Source of the DNA: Thermodesulfobacteriota bacterium
GTDB taxonomy: Bacteria > Desulfobacterota_D > UBA1144 > Nemesobacterales > UBA2774
DNA length: 64,000 bases
Assembly: GCA_965216785.1 (NCBI GenBank)
Contig: OZ244197.1
Coordinates: forward strand, 224,001 to 288,000
Direction: 5' to 3'
The notes under the pieces are model-generated. The model was not told the DNA's origin. It was given only the letters and a program-made list of their open reading frames with translations, and did not search any database. Made by a program: the position numbers and the translations under genes. This document shows positions 49,539-59,214 of this stretch, piece after piece (positions within the stretch are counted from its first letter, which is position 1; each line of letters opens with the position of its first letter).

Positions 49539-49940
49539 TCTATCGTCCTCAGTCGGAAATTATACAGCAGCAGAGGCGGCATTTAAATAAATCCGTAAAT
49601 TCACTAAAGCCCTTTTAAGTATTGAACTATTCGGCAGCCAAAATACGCTAATGCTATTAACTTCAACTTGTCTACCATGCAAGATGCTGTCATTACTTGA
49701 TAATATAATTGTGCACTTGCTAACAAATATGCTTGACAAAACCGGGCGGCATTTTATTATTAATGTGATGATATACTTAGGACGAAGGAGTGATAACCCG
49801 TGCGCGTTAAGAAGCCAAAAATATGCAGTACTCCATCAGATAAAGAAGGCGCGCGCTCACTCATATCCGATGCTTTCTTTATTAAAATCCGCTTGGTAAA
49901 CTACTAAATATTATGAAATACTTTGCCCAGGGAGATTGAG

Positions 49941-50324
49941 TTGGAAAAGAAAAAGGATCACGAACAGCTTTATTACTTCGGCTATTTCAAGAAGCTCTAC
50001 GAGTCGTGGGAAGAATCCACCAATGTGATGATGGATATCTGGCTCAACAGCCCCTATATGGAAAGGGCCTTCGATAAGTCTCTCGAATTTAAGAATTACG
50101 TACAAAACTTCATGGAAGACACTTTGGAAAGCCGCTGCGAACCAAAGAAAGCACAGAAAGAAAGTAAAAACGATAAAGATAAACTAGTAGAATATATAGA
50201 TTCCCTCGAAGATAAAATACGCGAGCTCGAAGACAAAGTGAAGGAGCTCGAATCCAAACCCAAGAAAAAGACCCCGACGAGAAGGAAAAAGACAAAAGAC
50301 GCGGCGGTTAAGGAGACTAAATAG
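49941..50324 (+). CDS. PhaE-like protein 1 (PHA synthase accessory-like) with a basic C-terminal tail
   Basis: Aligns by eye with the next ORF (YxKxYExWE...W.xSP...K.Y....E.TL); TTG start at 49941 follows GGGAG. Confidence 0.55.
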   Translation: MEKKKDHEQLYYFGYFKKLYESWEESTNVMMDIWLNSPYMERAFDKSLEFKNYVQNFMEDTLESRCEPKKAQKESKNDKDKLVEYIDSLEDKIRELEDKVKELESKPKKKTPTRRKKTKDAAVKETK

Positions 50325-50758
50325 TGAGCGATAAATCCTCTGATCAGGCAGAGCAGTACAAGAACTTTTACCAAGCCTGGGAAAAAACTATGACCGAGGC
50401 TATGGACATCTGGAAATCTAATCCTCTATTTAACGAAGACGCTAAGGAAGGCGCCGATAGCGCGGCTCATTACAAGAAGTTCTATGAAACATGGGAAAAG
50501 TCTTCATCAGAGATTATGGAGAAGTGGGTCAGCAGCCCTCTATTCGCCGCTAATATCGGTAAGGCTGTAGAGAAATCCTCGGAACTTAAGAAATATTTCG
50601 ACGAAGCGGTAGAAAAGACTCTTAAGAATATGAGGTTTCCGACAAAGAACGATGTAGACAGATTACACGCGTCCATCAACAACCTTGAAGAGAAGATAAA
50701 CGATCTCAATGATAAGATAGACGATATGAATAAACCAAGGAAAACATCAAGGAAATAG
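50324..50758 (+). CDS. phaE: Short PhaE-like subunit of class III PHA synthase
   Basis: PhaE-box-like 'FPTKNDVDRLHASINNLEEKI'; directly upstream of class III phaC. Confidence 0.65.
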   Translation: MSDKSSDQAEQYKNFYQAWEKTMTEAMDIWKSNPLFNEDAKEGADSAAHYKKFYETWEKSSSEIMEKWVSSPLFAANIGKAVEKSSELKKYFDEAVEKTLKNMRFPTKNDVDRLHASINNLEEKINDLNDKIDDMNKPRKTSRK

Positions 50759-50785
50759 ACAAATTTAGGAGACGGGAAAAATTCG

Positions 50786-51853
50786 ATGACAACTAATCAA
50801 TTAGACGCAACAATGCAGGAAGCGGAGAAATTAAGGGATAAACTAAGCAAGGTAATAGAGCTTACAGTGACAGATCCGCCTGATGTCAAGATCGGAACAA
50901 CTCCCCATGACGTCGTATTTACGGAGAACAAACTCCGTCTGCTTCATTACCGACCGGTAGTGAAAAACCCAACGGCAACTCCTCTGGTAATGATTTTCGC
51001 GCTCATCAACCGTCCATCCATACTTGACCTTAAACCCGGAAGAAGTGTAGTCGAAGTACTTCTCAATAAAGGTATAGATCTTTATTTAATTGACTGGGGA
51101 GCTCCGGGGGATGAGGACAAGAACCTGGACATGGATCACTATATAAACAGATACATAAAGAAAGTCGTCGAGAAGGTGAAGAGAATTTCCGGATCCGATA
51201 AGGTCAGCATTCTGGGTTATTGCATGGGCGGCACTATGTCTGCTATATATACGGCGCTTTACCCCGAAGATGTAAAGAACCTGATTCTACTCACAGCCGG
51301 AATAGACTATAAAGTTGACGGGACACTCGCTCTATGGGGAGATAAAGAGAACTTTAATGTAGATAAGTTCGTGGATGCCCACGGCAACGTTCCGCCCGAG
51401 TTTTTACAGTCGGGATTCCTGTTTTTAAAACCTGTAGAAAACATGATCTCTAAGTATGTGAATTTTTATGAGAACGTAGAGAATGAGGCTTTTGTTGACA
51501 ACTTTCTCGCAATGGAGAAATGGCTTAACGATAACATTGCGGTCCCGGGAGAAGTGTTCAGAGAATTCATAAAATATCTTTACCAGGAAAACCAGCTCGT
51601 TGAAAATAAGCTAGAAGTAAACGGTAAGCTGGTAGAGCTAAAAAATATTAAATGCTCTGTAATGAATCTAATTGCGGAGCGCGACCATCTAGTGCCGCCT
51701 GAATCGAGCATTGGCTTCAATGATCTAATATCTAGTAAAGATAAAGAGACCATTGTTTTCCCCTCAGGGCATATTGGGCTTTCGGTTAGCAGTAAGTCCT
51801 TAAAAGGTCTCTGGCCTGATGTAGCCGATTGGATAATAAAAAGATCAAAGTAA
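50786..51853 (+). CDS. phaC: Class III poly(hydroxyalkanoate) synthase PhaC
   Basis: 355 aa; 'G.TP', 'ALINRP.ILDL', lipase box GYCMGG, 'MEKWLND', catalytic D (RDHLVP) and H (GHIG). Confidence 0.93.
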   Translation: MTTNQLDATMQEAEKLRDKLSKVIELTVTDPPDVKIGTTPHDVVFTENKLRLLHYRPVVKNPTATPLVMIFALINRPSILDLKPGRSVVEVLLNKGIDLYLIDWGAPGDEDKNLDMDHYINRYIKKVVEKVKRISGSDKVSILGYCMGGTMSAIYTALYPEDVKNLILLTAGIDYKVDGTLALWGDKENFNVDKFVDAHGNVPPEFLQSGFLFLKPVENMISKYVNFYENVENEAFVDNFLAMEKWLNDNIAVPGEVFREFIKYLYQENQLVENKLEVNGKLVELKNIKCSVMNLIAERDHLVPPESSIGFNDLISSKDKETIVFPSGHIGLSVSSKSLKGLWPDVADWIIKRSK

Positions 51854-51884
51854 AAATTCGGTTTTAAAACTTATAGTGGGATGA

Positions 51885-51929
51885 CCGTGTTTGTGAACCC
51901 TCCTTTACACAGAAGAGCCACAAACACGG
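51885..51929. terminator. Inverted repeat between convergent phaC and phaB
   Basis: CCGTGTTTGTG-N23-CACAAACACGG. Confidence 0.6.
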
Positions 51930-51942
51930 AATAATCTTATTT

Positions 51943-52698
51943 TTAAATGTAGTTTCCGCCGTTAATCCTGAGAGTAACACCGGTAATCCAGCTTGCGGCT
52001 GGAGAGCAAAGATATACAGTGGCTAGAGCAATTTCCTCAGGAGTTCCAAACCTTCCTAGTGGAATATCTTTCTTGATAGTCTCTCTTATGTCTGCAGGTA
52101 CTGTGCCCAGCATGTCTGTCTCCACAAACCCCGGAGCAATCGCGTTTACGCGGACATTGCTTGCGGCAAGCTCTCTTGCCATAGTTTTTGTAAAACCGAT
52201 TATGCCCGCCTTTGTAGACGCATAGTTAGCCTGCCCGATATTCCCCATTTCACCGATAACCGAGGATACGGAAACAATTACCCCACCCTCTTTAGATAGT
52301 GGGTCTATAACTGCTTTCGTACAATTAAAAACGCTCGAAAGATTGGTGTGTATAACTTCCTCCCACTGCTCGTATGTCATCCTTTTTAACATGCGGTCTC
52401 TGTTGACTCCAGCATTATTTATAAGGATATCGACTTTCCCGAAATGGTTCATTGCAGCTTTGCCGATATTCTGAGCCTGCTGGAAATTCCCGACGTTGGC
52501 CCTAACCGTAATGCATTTCCTGCCGAGTTTCTCAATCTCTTTTTTGACTTTATCGGCTTCCTTATCGCTTCTTGAGTAATTAAGTAATATGTCTGCGCCC
52601 GCTTCGGCTAAACCAAGAGCTATTGCTTTCCCTATGCCTCTTGACCCGCCTGTCACGACAGCAACCTTACCGCTCAAATCGTACATTTGCTCTAACAT
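51943..52698 (-). CDS. phaB: Acetoacetyl-CoA reductase / FabG-like SDR
   Basis: TGGSRGIG, NNAG, 'GNIGQANYASTKAG'; adjacent to phaC. Confidence 0.75.
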   Translation of the reverse strand: MLEQMYDLSGKVAVVTGGSRGIGKAIALGLAEAGADILLNYSRSDKEADKVKKEIEKLGRKCITVRANVGNFQQAQNIGKAAMNHFGKVDILINNAGVNRDRMLKRMTYEQWEEVIHTNLSSVFNCTKAVIDPLSKEGGVIVSVSSVIGEMGNIGQANYASTKAGIIGFTKTMARELAASNVRVNAIAPGFVETDMLGTVPADIRETIKKDIPLGRFGTPEEIALATVYLCSPAASWITGVTLRINGGNYI

Positions 52699-52845
52699 GT
52701 ATAATTGCCTCCCGGAGGCTGTAAGTTACTTGCCTCATTAAATTAGGTTTAATTGATTTTATTCCTATTTGCTTTTTTGTCAAATAGACTGTGGGCGCGC
52801 AAAGTTAATGCATGTAAGATACCGTAATTAAAAACTAATTGGGCA

Positions 52846-52876
52846 ACCCGGCATTCTAGGGAACTAAATGCCGGGT
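52846..52876. terminator. Hairpin downstream of the enoyl-CoA hydratase gene
   Basis: ACCCGGCATT-N11-AATGCCGGGT. Confidence 0.5.
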
Positions 52877-52948
52877 AGTGGATAGAATCTTATTTTTGAA
52901 TTATCCTCTTAGACTCTGAGAGCATAGTAAGTTCAGAGCAGGTCACTA

Positions 52949-53734
52949 TTACTCTCCTGTGAAAGAAGGCTCTCTCTTTTCGAGGAACGACTGCATGCCC
53001 TCGACCCGATCTGCCGAGTCAAAACAAAGGGACACGAGAGTCTTTTCAAGAAGAAGCGCTTTTTGGAGGTCCATTTCAGAGCCCGCATTAATTGCGGTCT
53101 TTGATAGTCTTACCGCCAGAGGCCCCCTCTTAGCTATCGAGCCCGCAAGTGCGAGCGCCTCTGCCATGATATCGTCGTGCGGTACTATTTTTTCTACGAG
53201 ACCTATGCGAAGAGCCTCCTCGGCGCCTACCATCTCCCCCGTAAACACAAGCTCCTTGGTCTTTCCGAGCCCGAGTACCCTGGTGATCCTCTGAGTGCCT
53301 CCCCAGCCCGGAAATATCCCCAGCTTAACCTCGGGGAAACCCATCTTTGCTTTTTCAGACGCGATACGTATATCACAGGCAAGCGCCAGCTCACAGCCCC
53401 CGCCCAGGGCATAGCCGTTCACAGCGGCAATAGACGGGCATGGATCGTCTTCCAAAAGCGCGTAAACCTTGTGTGCATAGTCCACATAGTGCTTAAACTC
53501 TTTTGTGCTCATACTATTCATCTGCGCTATATCAGCGCCTGCGACAAAGGCTTTGTCTCCCGCGCCAGTAACTATTAACGCTTTAAGATCTTCTTCCGGA
53601 AGCGCCTCTTCAAAAAACTTCCCGAGCTCTTTTAATGTTTCCCAATTAAGAGCATTCAGCACTTTGGGGCGGTTTATGCTTAAAACCCCGATTCCGTCTT
53701 CTTTTTTTTCATAAGTAATATTTTCAAATGACAT
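52949..53734 (-). CDS. Enoyl-CoA hydratase (crotonase family)
   Basis: 'NRPKVLNAL', 'AFVAGADI', 'GYALGGGCELALACDIR', 'PEVKLGIFPGWGGTQR'. Confidence 0.95.
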   Translation of the reverse strand: MSFENITYEKKEDGIGVLSINRPKVLNALNWETLKELGKFFEEALPEEDLKALIVTGAGDKAFVAGADIAQMNSMSTKEFKHYVDYAHKVYALLEDDPCPSIAAVNGYALGGGCELALACDIRIASEKAKMGFPEVKLGIFPGWGGTQRITRVLGLGKTKELVFTGEMVGAEEALRIGLVEKIVPHDDIMAEALALAGSIAKRGPLAVRLSKTAINAGSEMDLQKALLLEKTLVSLCFDSADRVEGMQSFLEKREPSFTGE

Positions 53735-53972
53735 TTCACGCCTCCTGTCCCGTTTGATAAGATATTAATACAGGGTCAGAGGGGCTTGTCAACGGGTTTT
53801 CTTAGCAGATGCGAAATGAGCTTCTAAATCGTTATCAGGTTCTAATTCACTCCGCCTCATAAATTCGGACGCGTAAATAATAAAGTGGCGACTGGATAAA
53901 AAATCGGTTAATATTTTCCACGTTGCTGAATTTATTTCTAAGCTACAATCCCTAAACATTACGGAGGTTAGT

Positions 53973-54431
53973 ATGTCTATAAGCAGGACGAACGTATTAT
54001 CAATATCATCATTCATGCTTGTTCTGATGATGCTATTTGTAGGCTTCACAATATCCGCAAGCTCAAAGGAGGACAAAAAGGTGTCCGAAACACAGAAAAC
54101 AGATTCAGGTCTGCAGTACATAGTTATTGAAGAAGGTACCGGAGATAAAGCCGTTACCGGTAAAAAAGTAAAAGTCCACTACACAGGAAAGCTGGAGGAC
54201 GGGACAGAGTTTGACAGCTCCATTAAAAGAGGAGAGCCCATAGAGTTCACACTTGGCATTGGACAGGTTATAAAGGGGTGGGACGAGGGGATTGCCCTTA
54301 TGAACGTAGGAGATAAATATCAGCTGATAATCCCGCCCGAGCTTGGTTACGGCGCTGCCGGAGCCGGCAATGTCATACCACCGAACTCAGTGCTCATATT
54401 TGACGTTGAGCTCGTTGAAGTGGAGAAATAG
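53973..54431 (+). CDS. FKBP-type peptidyl-prolyl isomerase (exported)
   Basis: 'VHYTGKLEDGTEFDSS', 'VIKGWDEG', 'IPPELGYG', 'IPPNSVLIFDVEL'. Confidence 0.96.
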   Translation: MSISRTNVLSISSFMLVLMMLFVGFTISASSKEDKKVSETQKTDSGLQYIVIEEGTGDKAVTGKKVKVHYTGKLEDGTEFDSSIKRGEPIEFTLGIGQVIKGWDEGIALMNVGDKYQLIIPPELGYGAAGAGNVIPPNSVLIFDVELVEVEK

Positions 54432-54441
54432 TAAAATCAGG

Positions 54442-54486
54442 AGCGCACATAACGGGTCGGATAACCATACCGGCCCTGCGCTTTTA
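54442..54486 (+). terminator. Probable intrinsic terminator after the FKBP gene
   Basis: AGCGCA..GGGTCGG-N9-CCGGCCC-TGCGCT followed by TTT. Confidence 0.55.
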
Positions 54487-54505
54487 CTTACAGAGCCATA
54501 AAATA

Positions 54506-55117
54506 ATGAACTATCTTGCTCATCTTTACCTGGCAGAGGATTCGGACGAGTCGAGGCTCGGGAACCTGTTGGGCGACTTTGTTAAAGGCCCTGTCGCTGC
54601 ATCTCCTTATAGCCAGGGGATCAGAGAGGGTATTAGAACTCACAGATTAGTTGATAGATTCACCGATTCGCACCAAAAGTTCCTCGAATCCAAAAAACTT
54701 ATCAGCCCCGATAGAAGAAGGTTCGCAGGTGTAATTCTAGACCTTTCATTCGACCACTTTCTGGCCAAGAACTGGGAGTCTTATTCAGACTCCGAGCTAA
54801 GCTCCTTTACTCAGGGCGTATACGAGATGCTCCGAGATAACAGATCCATACTCCCGGTAAAGCTCGCGTCATTTCTACCGCGGATGATTCATGAGGACTG
54901 GCTCGGCTCATACGAGAAACTAGAGGGGATCTCACTCGTAATCGAGAGGATATCTAACAGGCTCGAGAGAAAATTCGGGAGAAAAAACACCCTTCACGGA
55001 GCGGCACGGGAGATAGAGAAAAACTACCAGGAGCTTGAACGCAATTTCGAAGAATTCTTCCCGGATGTAATAGAGTTTGTTGATAATTACCGCGATACAG
55101 CCACTAACCCCTCCTAG
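54506..55117 (+). CDS. acpH: Acyl carrier protein phosphodiesterase
   Basis: 'MNYLAHLYL', 'GNLLGDFVKG', 'HRLVDRFTD.H', 'D..FDHFLA..W'. Confidence 0.93.
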   Translation: MNYLAHLYLAEDSDESRLGNLLGDFVKGPVAASPYSQGIREGIRTHRLVDRFTDSHQKFLESKKLISPDRRRFAGVILDLSFDHFLAKNWESYSDSELSSFTQGVYEMLRDNRSILPVKLASFLPRMIHEDWLGSYEKLEGISLVIERISNRLERKFGRKNTLHGAAREIEKNYQELERNFEEFFPDVIEFVDNYRDTATNPS

Positions 55118-56203
55118 CTACCTGCGGCTGATCTGGCTTCCAACTAAAGAAACGGCTTTATCCCAAGAGCTGTTAAAATCAGATATTCCTACAAAATCAG
55201 GCCAATTTAATTCTTTGTGCTCCTCTATATATCTGAAAAGCTCTACTTGTCTCGGGGATAAAAAAGTATCGGGCGACTGAAAACTCCCGATTGCCGCGTT
55301 CACCCGGGCAAGCTGTAGATTTGTCATCGGCACGTGGCGGTATAAAGTACGTGACAAATAGTACTTCGGACTGCTGTCAGCTCTGAATGTGCCGAGCTCT
55401 GAAATATGGCCCTCCCCCGCAATCTCTTTCGCAGCTGCGCTCTGCTCGGCGTTAACCGTAAAAATATGACTCGCGACATTATTTAATCTCGCTTTTTTAA
55501 GTAGATCCTCATATGAGATAACCCCGGGATTAAACTCAAGCTCTACGACTTCATACCCTCCCATAAAACCTGGCTTTGTAGATATAACCCCTTTGACGTT
55601 AGCGAGCTTCCCCTCCCCAACCCAAAAACAGTGCATAGCGAATACGGCCCTTTCTTTAGTCCCCGAATTAACGTTTAACTCCTGTGCCAAGAGACTCAGA
55701 TACTGAGGAACTTTCCGATTGGAAGCGTTAAGAGCCGACACCATGGCGTTTACCAATCCCGCCTTCGTATAATTACCGCTCAATCTGGGCGTAAGCTCTA
55801 TACGCTCAGGTGTAATGATCCTTACAACAGGGTTATTCCAAGAGGGTTCGCCAAATGATTTGAGCACCTTAGCATCTTCCCCGTCTTTATTGTTATATAT
55901 CGCGACAGGAACGAACAGCGTTTCAATCGCCTCGACTATGAGAGGGTGGCTCAACACATTTTTCCCATATCCAGACGAAGTGCTGCACCCGGGGACTTCC
56001 TGAAAGAGAACCAGTAGCGGCTTTTCCCGACTCTTTGCTAACTTTACACCATTGTCAAAATTCCTTATCCACTCCACCTGTCCGAGCACCATGGGCTTTG
56101 TGCTGTCAGGCATTTGCAAATCCTGGGAATGTACTCTAGCACTTAAAAATAAAGTCATAGTCAGCAGCAACGCTAGGCTAAGCAAGTAAGTAGATATATT
56201 CAC
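55118..56203 (-). CDS. Exported VPGUxxT-type thioredoxin-like protein (Cys form) fused to an MsrA-like domain
   Basis: Signal peptide; 'LFQEVPGCSTS', 'LSHPLIVEAIE..F', 'EPSWNNPVVR'; C-terminal 'AMHCFWVGE...G...EVV...F.P..ISYEDLL'. Confidence 0.75.
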   Translation of the reverse strand: MNISTYLLSLALLLTMTLFLSARVHSQDLQMPDSTKPMVLGQVEWIRNFDNGVKLAKSREKPLLVLFQEVPGCSTSSGYGKNVLSHPLIVEAIETLFVPVAIYNNKDGEDAKVLKSFGEPSWNNPVVRIITPERIELTPRLSGNYTKAGLVNAMVSALNASNRKVPQYLSLLAQELNVNSGTKERAVFAMHCFWVGEGKLANVKGVISTKPGFMGGYEVVELEFNPGVISYEDLLKKARLNNVASHIFTVNAEQSAAAKEIAGEGHISELGTFRADSSPKYYLSRTLYRHVPMTNLQLARVNAAIGSFQSPDTFLSPRQVELFRYIEEHKELNWPDFVGISDFNSSWDKAVSLVGSQISRR

Positions 56204-56377
56204 AAGATCACCTCTTAACGTAAAAGTTTATGTTTCGTACTAATGATTAGATTATCAGGTCTTAAAAAAGTCGCTTAACCTGATAAATAGAAGAATTTTC
56301 ATAAGCAAAAAATTTTTCGACCTATACGGCAATAAAGGCATTATAATTAAGTCAAATTCACTTTACACGTATTTTTT

Positions 56378-56581
56378 ATGAGTAATTCAGAGTCAGACAA
56401 GAAGCAGTTAAAGAATATATTTGAAGAATCACTCAAGGAAATCTCCTCTGAGGGAACGGACGAGTTCCGCCGTGCGGTAACTGAGGTATTGGATGAGAAG
56501 AAACCCGCAGGAGAAGTGAAGAAGGATGAGCCGGTTAAGAAAGAACAAAAACCCGGTGGCCTAAACACATCCAAAATATAA
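56378..56581 (+). CDS. Small hypothetical protein
   Basis: 67-aa charged ORF filling the gap between genes; no recognisable motif. Confidence 0.45.
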   Translation: MSNSESDKKQLKNIFEESLKEISSEGTDEFRRAVTEVLDEKKPAGEVKKDEPVKKEQKPGGLNTSKI

Positions 56582-56688
56582 AACTGAGATAGAAAACAAG
56601 TAATAACCGCCCTATATAAGATTGAAACCCTTCCTAAGTTGATATAGTATTTATACGATTTAAATTCTCCCTTAAACAAAATGCTCAA

Positions 56689-57060
56689 TTGAATAAGAAA
56701 AAGTTTGAAGAACTTGTAGAGAAGGCGTATGACAGAATCCCTGAAGAGTACAGGGATAAGATAGAAAACGTTGTTATCACTGTAGAAGACTACCCAACAA
56801 AAGAAGACCTGGAGAAGTTGGAGATAAGGGGAAAGGGCCTGTTATTGGGACTATACCGCGGCACCCCGCTCCCGCAAAGGAGCATATGGCAAGGCGTAAG
56901 AACGCCTGACGAGATAGTGCTTTTTCAAAAGGATATAGAGAGAGTATGCCGAAATGATAAAGAAATTGAAGAAAGAGTTGACGAAGTATTAAAACACGAG
57001 ATAGCCCATTACTTTGGACTTTCAGATGATGAAATCTACGAGCTTATGGGAAGACACTGA
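56689..57060 (+). CDS. Zincin-like metallopeptidase family protein (DUF1025)
   Basis: 'LLGLY.G.P', 'PD.I.LF', HExxH 'HEIAHYFG'. Confidence 0.9.
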   Translation: MNKKKFEELVEKAYDRIPEEYRDKIENVVITVEDYPTKEDLEKLEIRGKGLLLGLYRGTPLPQRSIWQGVRTPDEIVLFQKDIERVCRNDKEIEERVDEVLKHEIAHYFGLSDDEIYELMGRH

Positions 57061-57085
57061 TTCGGGTTTGATCGACTAAAACGCT

Positions 57086-57967
57086 ATGAGCAACCAGGAT
57101 ACCAATACACCAAGCAGATCTGCCATACTTCTTATCCACTGCCCTGACCGTCAGGGGCTGGTCGCGGCGATTACGGAGTTTATATATAAGAACGAGGGCA
57201 ACATTATATTCCTCGAACAGCACGTGGACTCGGACCAGGAAATTTTCTTCATGCGCGTAGAGTGGGACTTAGCTACGTTCAGCGTCCCGTCTGAAAAGAT
57301 AGGGGAGTATTTCCAGACGCTGATCGCTGAGAAATATAATATGAAATGGACCCTCTACTTCTCAGACTACACGCCCCGGATGGCGATCTTCGTATCTAAG
57401 CTCTCTCACTGCCTCTACGACATACTATCCAGAATTCAGGCTGAAGAATGGAATGTAGAGGTGCCGCTAATTGTAAGCAACCACGCCGAGCTTGAAGAGG
57501 CGGCACAAAAATTCGGGATTGATTTTCATGTTACCCCTAACGTAAAAGAAGACAAGCAGAAAGCCGAGAAAGAGCAGCTCGCGCTACTGGAGAAATACAA
57601 TATCGATTTTGTAGTGCTGGCAAGGTATATGCAAATACTAAGCGACAACTTCGTAAGCCACTACCCGAATAAAATAATAAATATCCACCACTCCTTCCTT
57701 CCCGCTTTCCCCGGAGCAAGGCCATACCATTCGGCTTACGAGAGAGGGGTAAAGATTATAGGGGCTACGAGCCACTACGTTACACCCGAGCTTGACGCGG
57801 GACCGATAATAGAGCAAAGCGTCGTCGGTGTTTCTCATAAAGACAGCGTGGAAGACCTGATAAGAAAAGGAAGGGACCTTGAAAAAGCAGTCCTATCTAA
57901 AGCAATCTGGTACCACCTGGAACGTAAAATACTGGTCTACGGCAACAGGACCCTTATATTCGACTGA
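57086..57967 (+). CDS. purU: Formyltetrahydrofolate deformylase
   Basis: ACT 'CPDRQGLVA', 'VLARYMQIL', 'INIHHSFLPAF.GA.PY', 'LDAGPIIEQ'. Confidence 0.97.
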   Translation: MSNQDTNTPSRSAILLIHCPDRQGLVAAITEFIYKNEGNIIFLEQHVDSDQEIFFMRVEWDLATFSVPSEKIGEYFQTLIAEKYNMKWTLYFSDYTPRMAIFVSKLSHCLYDILSRIQAEEWNVEVPLIVSNHAELEEAAQKFGIDFHVTPNVKEDKQKAEKEQLALLEKYNIDFVVLARYMQILSDNFVSHYPNKIINIHHSFLPAFPGARPYHSAYERGVKIIGATSHYVTPELDAGPIIEQSVVGVSHKDSVEDLIRKGRDLEKAVLSKAIWYHLERKILVYGNRTLIFD

Positions 57968-57991
57968 GAAAGTAAGTACTATTCTTTCTGA

Positions 57992-58558
57992 ATGTATATG
58001 AGAACTACATCCGCCCTTTGTAAATTGAAACTGATCATTACCTGCGTGACGTTACTGCTGCTCACACATTTCGCCCGGGCTGAATTATATGAATGCAGGG
58101 ACGAAGAGGGAACGGTGACCCACCACAGCAGAGTCCATTGCCCCGAAGGGTACAGCGGTACCCTTATTCAAGATGACGGCTCATCAAACTCCGCCCCCAA
58201 GTCATATTCGAACAATAATGTCGGTAAGAATCAAGATAATGTCGAGGTTATTAGTGAGGGGAGATTGGTAGACCTAATCGACCATATAGACTATGGGAAA
58301 TACACAGTGTTTTTATTCTATGCGGACTGGTGCGCGCCGTGCAAAACCATAAAGCCCGAGCTTGAGAAGAGCGCCCGAGGTAATAATACTTTTGCCCTTA
58401 AGGAATTAAATGTCTTAAACTGGGAAAATCCGCTCGTCACATATTACAACCTGGCGGGACTCCCTTACTTTATCGTATACGGACCAAAGGGAGAGTTTGT
58501 CGAGAGAGGTCCGGTATTGTCTAAAGATATAAAGGCAAAATTAACCGGCGCAAACTAA
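57992..58558 (+). CDS. Exported thioredoxin-domain protein with a DUF4124-like N-terminus
   Basis: Signal peptide, 'LYEC.DEEG', 'FYADWCAPC'. Confidence 0.85.
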   Translation: MYMRTTSALCKLKLIITCVTLLLLTHFARAELYECRDEEGTVTHHSRVHCPEGYSGTLIQDDGSSNSAPKSYSNNNVGKNQDNVEVISEGRLVDLIDHIDYGKYTVFLFYADWCAPCKTIKPELEKSARGNNTFALKELNVLNWENPLVTYYNLAGLPYFIVYGPKGEFVERGPVLSKDIKAKLTGAN

Positions 58559-58578
58559 ACTCACTCTGCGAGACGCAA

Positions 58579-59214
58579 ATGAAATTCCTATCCGAGTTGG
58601 GAAACTTAAAGAATTTTTGCATACGCTACTACCAAGAAATTATAGTAATATCGTTTTCAACTTTATTCATAATCCTCCACCACCATCACAGGATCGGTAG
58701 TTTCTGGCTGAGCGCCTTGATATACTTCGGGGTCTTCCCGATACTGACGATTCTGATTTTACTCCGTAAGAACCCGCTTAATTTCGGTCTCAGGATTGGT
58801 GACTACAGAGTTTGGATACCATACGTCGTTATATTTCTAGTAATAGCCATACCCGTCCTGTATTTCACCTCCGAGGTTTCCTCCGTAGAGAGGTATTACC
58901 GTCATAGGGGCGATTTCGATCTAATTGGATATGCGCTTACAATGGCGGTCTATATGCTCGGATGGGAGTTTTTGTTCCGGGGTTTTATGCTGTTCGGCCT
59001 TAAAGACAGATTCAGGGAAGGGAGCATAGTGATACAGATGATCCCGTTCGTGCTCCTTCATCTCGGGAAGCCCGAGATAGAGACCATCAGCACCATTTTT
59101 ACGGGGCTACTGTGGGGATATATATGCTACCGCGGGAATTCCTTTTGGCCGGCGTATATTATGCACGTGGTAGTAAACGTGTCGAACAAGGCGTTTGTTC
59201 TGGGATTGGTATAG
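58579..59214 (+). CDS. CPBP family intramembrane glutamic endopeptidase
   Basis: 'WEFLFRG', 'F.LLH.GKP..E', 'H...N'. Confidence 0.9.
   Translation: MKFLSELGNLKNFCIRYYQEIIVISFSTLFIILHHHHRIGSFWLSALIYFGVFPILTILILLRKNPLNFGLRIGDYRVWIPYVVIFLVIAIPVLYFTSEVSSVERYYRHRGDFDLIGYALTMAVYMLGWEFLFRGFMLFGLKDRFREGSIVIQMIPFVLLHLGKPEIETISTIFTGLLWGYICYRGNSFWPAYIMHVVVNVSNKAFVLGLV

Noticed and set aside
55960-56010. Selenocysteine recoding in the VPG motif
   Set aside because: The codon is TGC (Cys) with no in-frame TGA.
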